NCBI GenBank assembly: GCA_033762715.1
Contig: JANRLL010000012.1
Span: forward strand, 27,113-91,112
Reading direction: 5' to 3'
Length of the DNA: 64,000 bases
From: Rickettsiales bacterium
Lineage (GTDB): Bacteria; Pseudomonadota; Alphaproteobacteria; Rickettsiales; SXRF01
The translations under genes were made by a program, and so were the position numbers. Every line of letters starts with the position of its first letter. Positions within the stretch are counted from its first letter, which is position 1. Of this stretch, positions 56,502 to 64,000 are shown in pieces. The notes beneath the pieces are model-generated. The model was not told the DNA's origin. It saw only the letters and a program-made list of their open reading frames with translations, and made no database searches.

Positions 56502-56918
56502 ATGACTGCATGGCTAGCGCTAATACCGGCTGTTTCCGAACTGCTGGATAAAATCATCCCCGATCCCGATGCACGCGATCGCGCCAAAATGGAATTGCTG
56601 AAAGAGCAAAACGCGCAAAGCTTGCAGCAACTGCAACTCGCGGCCAAAGCCGACGAAAACCAAACCACCATCAACGCGCAGGAAGCTACCAACCCCAATC
56701 TCTTCGTCTCCGGCTGGCGGCCCTTCATCGGCTGGGTGTGCGGCGTGGCCTTTGCTTATCATTTCGTGCTGCAGCCGTTTCTATGTTTTGTGCTGATAAA
56801 TCGCGGTATTATCATCGAACTGCCGCAATTTAGAATGGATGAGCTGACCACCGTACTCATGGGACTTTTAGGACTGGGCGGACTTAGAACACTTGAAAAG
56901 ATCAAAAATGTCGCCTAA
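56502..56918 (+). CDS. 3TM-type holin (GTA_holin_3TM / former DUF3154 family)
   Basis: 138 aa with an AAGGAG RBS 7 nt upstream. It has the N-terminal LLDKIIPDPDARDRAKMELL, central EATNPNLFVSGWRPFIGWVCGVAFAY and C-terminal LGLGGLRTLEKIK, which fit the family pattern as I recall it. Confidence 0.65.
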   Translation: MTAWLALIPAVSELLDKIIPDPDARDRAKMELLKEQNAQSLQQLQLAAKADENQTTINAQEATNPNLFVSGWRPFIGWVCGVAFAYHFVLQPFLCFVLINRGIIIELPQFRMDELTTVLMGLLGLGGLRTLEKIKNVA

Positions 56919-56923
56919 GGGAA

Positions 56924-56950
56924 TCAAGCGCGGCGCTTAAGCGTTTTTTA
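56924..56950 (+). terminator. Possible intrinsic terminator after the holin gene
   Basis: The short stem AAGCG-cgg-CGCTT (within an overlapping CGCTTAAGCG palindrome) is followed by TTTTTT at 56944-56949. Confidence 0.35.
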
Positions 56951-56979
56951 AATAGCTCCTGATAGAATACGATCTACCC

Positions 56980-58005
56980 ATGTCGACCGATCCCAGAAAA
57001 CTCTATAACATTCTGATTGCCGACCCTGACCAACAGCTCGGGCAGGTGCTGCGTATGGTGTTGCGTGAAATGGGTTTTGAAAATATCAACGTTACGCGTA
57101 GCGGACAAGATGCCGTGCGCCTATTGAGCACTAATCCCACCGATTTCCTGATCACCGAATGGAGTACACTGCATTTGGATGGGCTAAGCCTGATCAAACA
57201 TATACGCCGCAATCCGGATTCACCCAATCCAGTGCTGCCGATTATTATGCTGACTGGGCGCGCGGAAGTGGCCGACGTGCATCTGGCGCGCGATCATGGC
57301 ATCAATGAATATGTGGTGAAGCCCTTCTCGCCTAAGACCATTTATAGCCGCTTGGAGCGCATTATAGAGCGGCCGCGGCCCTTCGTTATCAGCAATGAAT
57401 TCGTAGGCCCTGATCGCCGCCATAAAGGCACGCCGCCTGAAGGCGTATCGGACCGTCGCGTGCGCAGCATTAAGCCGCAACAAGCGCCAGCGGATGTGCA
57501 TGGTCAGAATTTACCTGGTAATGAGCCGAGAATATGGCTGCCGGACTATTCGCTGAAGCAAAAGCTCGGACAAAATAAAACCATCCAGCAATTCATCACC
57601 AATGATTTACTCAACCAAGCTCAACAAGCGATCGATGCTATCACCGACGAATCGCTGACCTGGATTAAAGAAAACCTCACTGAGCTGAATGCGCTATCGA
57701 TACAGATGGCGCAAGGTGATGCCACCGCCGACCTGGTCAATCAATTGTGTGACTTGGCATTGACCGTCAATGCGAGGGCAGGCACTTTTGGCTATACGCG
57801 CGCTTCGGAAGTTGCCTATATGCTCTATCTATTCTGCCGCAATCAACTCGATCCGCAACGAAACAGTATTCACCAAGCCATCATCCAAAAACATATCGAT
57901 GTGCTGCGCGTGTTGTTTGCTAAAAATATGCGCGGTATTGCCGGTGCGGCAGGTGCTGAGATCGTAACCGAGCTGCAAAAACTCGTCGGAAAATACAGCA
58001 CGTGA
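56980..58005 (+). CDS. Response regulator: REC domain plus C-terminal helical (Hpt-like?) domain
   Basis: The REC domain shows ILIADPD...FLITEW...MLTGRAE...YVVKPF. The C-terminal ~140 aa are helical and contain LTVNARAGTFGY. Confidence 0.8.
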   Translation: MSTDPRKLYNILIADPDQQLGQVLRMVLREMGFENINVTRSGQDAVRLLSTNPTDFLITEWSTLHLDGLSLIKHIRRNPDSPNPVLPIIMLTGRAEVADVHLARDHGINEYVVKPFSPKTIYSRLERIIERPRPFVISNEFVGPDRRHKGTPPEGVSDRRVRSIKPQQAPADVHGQNLPGNEPRIWLPDYSLKQKLGQNKTIQQFITNDLLNQAQQAIDAITDESLTWIKENLTELNALSIQMAQGDATADLVNQLCDLALTVNARAGTFGYTRASEVAYMLYLFCRNQLDPQRNSIHQAIIQKHIDVLRVLFAKNMRGIAGAAGAEIVTELQKLVGKYST

Positions 58006-59063
58006 TCACTCGCGCAGTGTGGCTGGATCAATTACGGGCACTAGCTATGTGCGGCATTGTGCTGATGCATGTGCTAGCCAGCAGCGCGGTATTTCATGCC
58101 AGCTGGGCCACCACGCTCTTTATGCTCGACAGCTTTACCCGCATCGCCATTCCCCTATTCTGGCTGATTAGCGGATGGAACAGCTATTGCTTTCCATTAC
58201 CCTACCGGAAACGCCTATCTCGCATCGGTTGGCGTCTGGGATGGCTGGTGCTTGCTAGCATTGTCTATAACCTGTTCCCCTGGGGTGTGCCCAAACTGGC
58301 TCTGCCGGCACATAACACGCTGTGGGAGATGCTGTCGCCCTGGTATTACCATCTGTGGTTTTTGCATCTGTGGATTTGCTTCTCGCTGGCGCAGCCACTC
58401 ATCGGCCGGGTTGCAACACGCATAGGACATGTGCGCCTCACCGCTTTACTGCTGCTATGGTATGGGCTGTGCCTGTATTATCTGTTGGCCAATCCCAAAG
58501 CGCTCATGGAATTGATGGCGCACCAATTCCTTGGCATTAATGCGCATCTATGGCTGGTGTCGCTGCTGTATTACATGCTGGGTCTGGCGCTTGCAGCCAA
58601 CCCCTGGCGCATCTACCATAAGCGGCAGACTGACCTTGCGCATCACAGCATAGGCATCGCGCTGCTTTGTTGCGTGTTGGGTGTGTATGGCTTGATCGCT
58701 TTCTTCGAATACACCACCCATCCATTTTTCTACTGGAGTGAATTTACCTGCGTGCTCTATGGGCTGGCTGCCTATCTGCTGCTTTACCGCGGCTATTATT
58801 ACAGCCTGCAACCAACGAATCCGCAGCGTCTGGATCCGCTTGCCATCGCCATTGCCAGCGCAAGCTTTACCATCTATCTGTGGCACCCACTGCTGCGCGA
58901 TATACTCGATCATTGGATGCCTTACCCCATTGAAACCTACGGCCTCACCACGGCGCTTATCATTGCGGTTATCTATATGGCAATCTTGCTGGCAGGCTTG
59001 GTCAGCCTGCATCGTATATTGCGAATATTCTATAAGAAACTGAGCACGTTAACCCTAATTTAA
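58002..59063 (+). CDS. Acyltransferase family 3 integral membrane protein
   Basis: GTG start in a GTGA overlap with the upstream stop. The N-terminus WLDQLRALAMCGIVLMHV is typical of the family, with about 10 TM segments. Confidence 0.75.
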   Translation: MITRAVWLDQLRALAMCGIVLMHVLASSAVFHASWATTLFMLDSFTRIAIPLFWLISGWNSYCFPLPYRKRLSRIGWRLGWLVLASIVYNLFPWGVPKLALPAHNTLWEMLSPWYYHLWFLHLWICFSLAQPLIGRVATRIGHVRLTALLLLWYGLCLYYLLANPKALMELMAHQFLGINAHLWLVSLLYYMLGLALAANPWRIYHKRQTDLAHHSIGIALLCCVLGVYGLIAFFEYTTHPFFYWSEFTCVLYGLAAYLLLYRGYYYSLQPTNPQRLDPLAIAIASASFTIYLWHPLLRDILDHWMPYPIETYGLTTALIIAVIYMAILLAGLVSLHRILRIFYKKLSTLTLI

Positions 59064-59135
59064 CCGGATGCTTGCAATATCGCACGTAATTGCTTACACC
59101 AAATGTTATATCAATATCTTACGATGGAGTACGCT

Positions 59136-59645
59136 ATGACATCACTTACACGCTTAGGACTGACCGCTTTCGCACTGAGTGCAGCATTAAGCAGCGCAGC
59201 ATCCGCTACGGATTATTTGACCGGCGGTGTGGCTTATTACGATGTGTTTGATGATCAAAATGCGACCGCGTTTAATCTCGAATATCGCGGCAACTATCTA
59301 TTCTACGACATGATCCGCCCCATCGTTGGCGGCTTTTATACTACCGATGGCGCGAGCTACGGCTATGTGGGCTTTAACTGGGATGTGCCGGTTATCAAAA
59401 ACCACCTCTATATAATTCCAGGCTTTGCTGTGGGTGCCTATAGCAAAGGTGATGATGGCAAAGATTTAGGTGGTGCGCTTGAATTCCGCTCGAGCGTCGA
59501 AGTGGCGTATCAGTTTGAAAACAGCCACCGTCTGGGCATATCGCTCAGCCATTTGTCGAATGCGAGCCTCTATGATGACAATCCTGGCGTTGAGCTGGTA
59601 ACGGCGACCTATTCGATTCCGCTGAGCAGCATTTTCGCTAAATAG
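59136..59645 (+). CDS. Acyloxyacyl hydrolase / lipid A 3-O-deacylase PagL-like outer-membrane protein
   Basis: It has a signal peptide (AALSSAASA), beta-barrel-like alternation, and the C-terminal catalytic pattern ISLSHLSNASLYDDNPGVELV. A GGAG RBS lies 6 nt before the ATG at 59136. Confidence 0.7.
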   Translation: MTSLTRLGLTAFALSAALSSAASATDYLTGGVAYYDVFDDQNATAFNLEYRGNYLFYDMIRPIVGGFYTTDGASYGYVGFNWDVPVIKNHLYIIPGFAVGAYSKGDDGKDLGGALEFRSSVEVAYQFENSHRLGISLSHLSNASLYDDNPGVELVTATYSIPLSSIFAK

Positions 59646-59660
59646 CTTTTCAGAGACTCT

Positions 59661-59692
59661 AAAAAAAGCCCGCCATCTGGCGGGCTTTTTTA
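59661..59692. terminator. Bidirectional intrinsic terminator between the pagL-like gene and aceB
   Basis: AAAAAAA is followed by the stem AGCCCGCC-atct-GGCGGGCT (59667-59686), then TTTTTTATT. Confidence 0.8.
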
Positions 59693-61273
59693 TTACGCTA
59701 ATTTCTTATAGCCAGGCAAGGTGAGGAACTCGGCAAAGTCCTTAGACGATACCAGCTCAGTGAGCATGGCGGCAGCCTTATCATAGGGCAGTTCACCGCT
59801 GAGCTTAGCGCGCTCTTCAGCCAGCAAGCTGTTATAAAGCTCGAGCGTCACTTTGCGGCCATCGGCCAACACGCCCTTGGCATGATGAATCCATTGCCAA
59901 ATTTGCGAACGCGCGATTTCAGCGGTTGCCGCATCTTCCATCAGATTGAAGATCGGCACGCAGCCATTGCCATTTAACCAGTTAGCCAGATATTGCACCG
60001 ACACGCTGATATTGTTGCGCAGACCCGCTTCGGTAATGGTGCCTTCAGGAATGGCCAGCAAATCCGCTGCCGTTACCTTTACATCTGCTGGCGCGCGATC
60101 GAGCTGGTTCTTACCAGGCATGATGCGGTTAAACACCTCCATCGCAACCGGCACCAAGCCAGGATGCGCAACCCAGGTGCCGTCATGGCCGTCGCCTGCT
60201 TCACGCTCTTTATCAGCACGCACCATGGTAAAGGCTTTATTGTTAGCTTCCTCGTCGCCTTTAACCGGAATGAACGCCGACATGCCGCCCATGGCAAAAG
60301 CGCCGCGACGGTGACAGGTTTTGATCAGCAGCAACGAATAGGAACGCAGGAAATGCGTCGTCATCAACACTTGCGAGCGATCCGGCAATACGAAATCGTC
60401 GCGCTTGGAGAATTTTTTGATGAAGCTGAAAATATAATCCCAGCGGCCACAATTAAGGCCCACGCAATAATCTTTAAGCGCGTGCAAAATCTCATCCATC
60501 TCGAAGGTGGCGACAATGGTTTCAATGAGCACGGTGGCTTTGATGGTGCCTTTAGCAAGGCCCAGCGTTTCTTCGCCATACGCAAAAATATCGGCCCACA
60601 GCGCGGCTTCTTCGTGGCTTTCCAATTTCGGCAAATAGAAATAAGGGCCGGTGCCGTTTTCCAAAAGCTTCTTGGCGTTGAGATAGAAATACACGCCAAA
60701 ATCGAGCAGCGCGCCAGGAATGGCCTTGCCGCCGTAGGTGATATGCTTCTCATCCAAATGCCAGCCCCGCGGACGCACAATCAAGGTCGCGATGGTATCG
60801 GCTAGCTTATATTCTTTACCCTCAGGGCTTTTATAGCTGATGCTGCGATCGGCATAATCACGCAAATTCACCTGGCCATCCATCACTTGTTCCCACAGCG
60901 GCGACAGTGAGTCTTCAAAATCGGCCATGAATACTTTGGCACCGGAATTAAGCGCATTAATGATCATCTTGCGATCGACCGGGCCGGTGATTTCCACGCG
61001 ACGATCGAGAAGCGCAGGTGGAATGGACGCCACTTTCCATTCCGATTCACGAATGGCTTTCGTCTCCGGCAAGAAATCCGGCAGCTGACCAGCATCGATT
61101 TTGGCTTGGCGCTCCACACGCTTTTTAAGCAGCGCTTCACGGCGACCGGAAAAGCGCGATACCAACTCCGCAACGAAGCCTTGCACCTCAGGTGTGAGGA
61201 TGGCGTGATAAGCAGGTGTCATGCTGCCAAGAATTTGAAGAGACTGATCGGCTTTGCGCGCAGGCTGCGTCAT
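59693..61273 (-). CDS. aceB: Malate synthase A
   Basis: About 526 aa. It has GPVDRKMIINALNSGAKVFMADFEDS, LIVRPRGWHL, YFYLPK.ES, NCGRWDYIFS and AFMGGM. An AAGGAG RBS lies 6 nt before the ATG at 61273. Confidence 0.95.
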   Translation of the reverse strand: MTQPARKADQSLQILGSMTPAYHAILTPEVQGFVAELVSRFSGRREALLKKRVERQAKIDAGQLPDFLPETKAIRESEWKVASIPPALLDRRVEITGPVDRKMIINALNSGAKVFMADFEDSLSPLWEQVMDGQVNLRDYADRSISYKSPEGKEYKLADTIATLIVRPRGWHLDEKHITYGGKAIPGALLDFGVYFYLNAKKLLENGTGPYFYLPKLESHEEAALWADIFAYGEETLGLAKGTIKATVLIETIVATFEMDEILHALKDYCVGLNCGRWDYIFSFIKKFSKRDDFVLPDRSQVLMTTHFLRSYSLLLIKTCHRRGAFAMGGMSAFIPVKGDEEANNKAFTMVRADKEREAGDGHDGTWVAHPGLVPVAMEVFNRIMPGKNQLDRAPADVKVTAADLLAIPEGTITEAGLRNNISVSVQYLANWLNGNGCVPIFNLMEDAATAEIARSQIWQWIHHAKGVLADGRKVTLELYNSLLAEERAKLSGELPYDKAAAMLTELVSSKDFAEFLTLPGYKKLA

Positions 61274-61330
61274 AGGAAACTCCTTCATTTATAGGTGATG
61301 ATTTGGGATAGCAGCTTTAACGCAGATGAC

Positions 61331-61369
61331 AATAAAAAAAGCCGCCCCATCATTACATGGAGCGGCTTT
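61331..61369 (-). terminator. Intrinsic terminator of pilin gene copy 1
   Basis: On the minus strand the stem is GCCGCTCCAT-gtaatg-ATGGGGCGGC (plus strand 61341-61366, one G-T wobble), followed by TTTTTTTATT. Confidence 0.75.
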
Positions 61370-61388
61370 TGTTTAGATACGCATTAGT

Positions 61389-62186
61389 TTAGAACGCGCC
61401 GCGAACCGCTAAGTTACACGATGCGGTATTTGGCGTGGTTACCGTCGAATAGATCGAAGTAGAAGCCGTACCGGTTGCGCATGGGTTACCGACTGCGGTA
61501 CCAGGAGCTGCGGCAGCTGAAATAGACACTACGGTGCCGATCGCAGGCAGACCGTCATCAATTTTACTATCGATCTGGAATGCTTCCGTTGGTGTTAAGC
61601 CCCATGCGTACGTGGGAACACCGGAAGCAGCCGTGCCAGACGTGTTAGCCAATACAAAGTAGTTGAGGCCACCGGCAGCATTTACCGCAACGCGGATACC
61701 TTTACCCATTTTAGCCAGCGGCAATACAGAATCGCTAATGGCAAGGGTGACATCGGTAAAATCTGTGGTGGTAATAGCTTCACTGATCAAGTTTGCTTGC
61801 GCCAATTGATACCAAAAAATTGCACCTTCGCCCGATACGCAGTTTAAGGTAGCGCACACGGTATCATCTGCACTGAGTGATTGCACCAGGCCGTCGCCGT
61901 TACCCTCACCCGCCTGAGAAGCGGTGCCGCCAGCCAATGATGCCCAGAAGTTGGCCGCGTTTGGAATATCGCCTGGAATGCCTTTATATTTGCTGCGGAA
62001 CGCGTTGACCGAGGTATTGTATTTCTCAATTTGGCCCACGGTGGCGCGGATTTCCGCTGCTTTGATCAAATCTTGACCAACCAACACACCGCCTACAATC
62101 AAACCGATAATTACCAACACGATCGATAACTCGATCAGAGTAAAACCGGATTGCGATTGACAGTGAGATGCGCGTTTAAAAGTCAT
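61389..62186 (-). CDS. Type IV pilin-like protein (prepilin-type N-terminal cleavage/methylation domain), copy 1
   Basis: The leader is MTFKRASHCQSQSG, followed by FTLIELSIVLVIIGLIVGG. Two Cys pairs are present (CATLNC and C...C near the C-terminus). A GGAGAA RBS precedes the ATG at 62186. Confidence 0.85.
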   Translation of the reverse strand: MTFKRASHCQSQSGFTLIELSIVLVIIGLIVGGVLVGQDLIKAAEIRATVGQIEKYNTSVNAFRSKYKGIPGDIPNAANFWASLAGGTASQAGEGNGDGLVQSLSADDTVCATLNCVSGEGAIFWYQLAQANLISEAITTTDFTDVTLAISDSVLPLAKMGKGIRVAVNAAGGLNYFVLANTSGTAASGVPTYAWGLTPTEAFQIDSKIDDGLPAIGTVVSISAAAAPGTAVGNPCATGTASTSIYSTVTTPNTASCNLAVRGAF

Positions 62187-62260
62187 AATTTTCTCCATGT
62201 TATTGTCCGATTGTTGCAAACACCCTATCTGCTTTACCTTACTGTAGTCTTAAATCCAAA

Positions 62261-62296
62261 CAAAAAAGCCGCCCCATCATTACATGGAGCGGCTTT
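62261..62296 (-). terminator. Intrinsic terminator of pilin gene copy 2 (same sequence as copy 1)
   Basis: The stem at plus-strand 62268-62293 is identical to that at 61341-61366, with a T-run on the minus strand. Confidence 0.75.
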
Positions 62297-62314
62297 TGTT
62301 AGATACGCATTAGT

Positions 62315-63109
62315 TTAGAACGCGCCGCGAACCGCTAAGTTACACGATGCGGTATTTGGCGTGGTTACCGTCGAATAGATCGAGGTAGAAGCCGTACCGG
62401 TTGCGCAAGGGTTACCGACTGCGGTACCCGGTGCACCTACAGACGAAATCGATACTACGGTGCCGATCGCAGGCAGACCATCATCAATTTTACTATCGAT
62501 CTGGAATGCTTCCGTTGGTGTTAAGCCCCATGCGTACGTGGGAACACCGGAAGCAGCCGTGCCGCTTATGTTAGCGAGCACAAAGTGGTTCAGACCACCA
62601 GCCGTGTTGACTGCAATGCGAATACCTTTACCCATTTTCGCCAAGGGCAATACCGAGTCACTGATCGCATAGTTGTAGGTTGCAAAGCTGGTACTGGTAA
62701 TAGCTTCACTGATCAAGTTTGCTTGCGCCAATTCATACCAAAAAATTGCACCTTCGCCCGATATGCAGTTTAAGGTAGCGCACACAGTGTTATCGGCACT
62801 TACTGATTGCACCAAACCGTCGCCATTGCCTTCACCGGCCTGAGAAGCGGTGCCGCCAGCCAATGATGCCCAGAAGTTGGTCGCGTTTGGAAGATCGCCT
62901 GGAACGCCATTATACTTGCTACGGAATGCGTTGACTGAGGTGTTATATTTTTCCAATTGGCTGATAGTTGCGCGAATCTCCGCTGCTTTAATCAAATCTT
63001 GACCAACCAACACACCGCCTACAATCAAACCGATAATTACCAACACGATCGATAACTCGATCAGGGTAAAACCCTTTTGATTTGTTTTTTTCGCTTTAAC
63101 CTGAGTCAT
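62315..63109 (-). CDS. Type IV pilin-like protein (prepilin-type N-terminal cleavage/methylation domain), copy 2
   Basis: The leader is MTQVKAKKTNQKG, followed by FTLIELSIVLVIIGLIVGG. It is more than 90 percent identical to copy 1 by eye. An AGGAG RBS precedes the ATG at 63109. Confidence 0.85.
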   Translation of the reverse strand: MTQVKAKKTNQKGFTLIELSIVLVIIGLIVGGVLVGQDLIKAAEIRATISQLEKYNTSVNAFRSKYNGVPGDLPNATNFWASLAGGTASQAGEGNGDGLVQSVSADNTVCATLNCISGEGAIFWYELAQANLISEAITSTSFATYNYAISDSVLPLAKMGKGIRIAVNTAGGLNHFVLANISGTAASGVPTYAWGLTPTEAFQIDSKIDDGLPAIGTVVSISSVGAPGTAVGNPCATGTASTSIYSTVTTPNTASCNLAVRGAF

Positions 63110-63352
63110 CTCGTTCTCCTGTTTTGTTACCCGCACATTTATATATGTACATAGGCAAAATATTTATTACACACTGCAACCACCTTATATATGTAGCAAA
63201 ATACTACAAATATGCTGTGTGCGCAGCCTTACCCAAAAGTATAAAGAGTTAAAAGTTAAGGAAGTGTTACTAAAAAACAGCATGCGATTGATTTATAGCC
63301 AATCTAACGTTCTCTAGTGCTTTTTTTGCAACAGATTGCTTTGAAAGCGACC

Positions 63353-63889
63353 TTATACGGCTTCTTTGGTATCCGGCTTGATGGTGGAAACGGCAGCATC
63401 CAAATGGGTTTGGCTGCACAGGCCGAGCAATACCGGATCACGCGGACGAATGTTATTGCTGTTCCAATGCGTTTTTCCACGCACCGCTTGAATGGTGTTT
63501 TTCGTAGTGCCTACCAATTTAGAAATTTGCGCATCGGTCATGGCTGGAAAGTTTTTAATCAACCAAGCAATCGCATCGGGCTTATCTTGACGACGCGCAA
63601 CCGGCGTATAACGGCTGCCTTTGGTTTTCTTAGAAATATATTTGCGCGCGGTTTCTTTAATAGACAAACGCGCAGCCGTATCTTTTTCGCAGCGCTCGAT
63701 TTCTTCTTGCGTCAGCTGGCCGCTGGCCATTGGATCGTTGCCACGAATGCCGGTTGCTACTTCGCCATCGGCAATGCCTTGCACTTCGAGCGGATGCATA
63801 CCGCAAAAATCAGCGATTTGCTCAAATGAAAGCGCAGTATTTTCAACTAACCATACAGCAGTGGCTTTGGGCATTAACGGCAACGTCAT
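63353..63889 (-). CDS. DUF1013 family protein (TrcR-like cell-cycle transcriptional regulator)
   Basis: The N-terminus MTLPLMPKATAVWLVENTALSFEQIADFCGMHPLEVQGIADGEVA is the hallmark of alphaproteobacterial DUF1013. A GAGGA RBS precedes the ATG at 63889. The ORF-track extension to 63949 is unlikely. Confidence 0.75.
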   Translation of the reverse strand: MTLPLMPKATAVWLVENTALSFEQIADFCGMHPLEVQGIADGEVATGIRGNDPMASGQLTQEEIERCEKDTAARLSIKETARKYISKKTKGSRYTPVARRQDKPDAIAWLIKNFPAMTDAQISKLVGTTKNTIQAVRGKTHWNSNNIRPRDPVLLGLCSQTHLDAAVSTIKPDTKEAV

Positions 63890-64000
63890 GGTCTTTATCC
63901 TCTCATTATGCAGCGTGCTCAACCACGGCCGGTTCTTTGCCCGTGCCATGTACGCTTATCTTTAGGTGAAGGACGCTTTTTAGTGGTTTTTCGTCAATAT

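Larger units (their letters stand above)
61331..63109 (-). repeat. Tandem duplication (period ~926-927 bp) of pilin gene plus terminator
   Basis: GCCGCCCCATCATTACATGGAGCGGC occurs at 61341 and 62268. The stop codons lie at 61389 and 62315. There are long identical runs at the 3' ends and in the N-terminal methylation-domain region (about 75 nt identical). Confidence 0.85.

Noticed and set aside
62187-62314. A sigma54-type promoter (GG-N10-GC) upstream of the pilin genes, as found for many type IV pilins.
   Set aside because: The only GG...TTGCA candidate (GGGTGTTTGCA on the minus strand) has the wrong spacing between the GG and GC elements.
61331-63160. The repeated units, considered as a CRISPR-like or mobile-element repeat.
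   Set aside because: There are only two ~926-bp copies and each is a complete pilin gene plus terminator. There are no short repeat-spacer units and no transposase or terminal inverted repeats.

Overview
This is a 64-kb chromosomal segment, most likely from an alphaproteobacterium. Supporting markers are the hisB-DUF2628-hisH-hisA-hisF-hisE gene order, a DUF1013/TrcR-like gene, a GTA-type 3TM holin, divergent hslVU, and the pepA-holC / lptFG arrangement. I support about 65 protein-coding genes. I could not recognise any rRNA, tRNA, CRISPR array, transposase or integrase.

Main blocks:
- (1) An ArsR-rhodanese module, then an OmpR/HK two-component pair, then a 14-gene head-to-tail photo-oxidative/lipid-stress supercluster. 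The supercluster includes UfaD/UfaO/CFA-like lipid modifiers, GPx, an OYE reductase, photolyase and others.
- (2) An accessory-looking stretch at 15.3-21.1 kb. It holds a Prs-like gene plus a tandem CinA-like gene, a decayed ppa fragment, an orphan bufferin-type (DUF2282) precursor, and an 834-aa tandem AAA+ ATPase preceded by a very AT-rich spacer.
- (3) A putA / PstS-like / LplT-like / MlaC-like block.
- (4) An AT-rich promoter region followed by a FAD-binding / MBOAT / SGNH operon.
- (5) msrA preceded by a candidate toxin/immunity-like pair, namely a divergent RelA/SpoT-fold protein plus a ~70-aa ORF. An RND efflux operon with a divergent HxlR regulator follows.
- (6) The his operon, carrying three inserted accessory genes.
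- (7) Housekeeping genes: hslVU, lptFG, pepA, holC and prfC.
- (8) A GGDEF protein, an orphan GTA-type holin, a REC protein, an acyltransferase-3, a PagL-like deacylase, aceB, two tandemly duplicated type IV pilin genes, and trcR.

The best candidates for something undescribed are the RelA/SpoT-like two-gene module (32.5-34.0 kb), the low-GC tandem AAA+ gene next to the orphan bufferin precursor (17.6-21.1 kb), and the FAD-binding/MBOAT/SGNH operon (27.2-31.9 kb).

All homology calls rest on motif recognition by eye. All GC statements come from hand counts of a few 60-nt lines. Both need computational confirmation.
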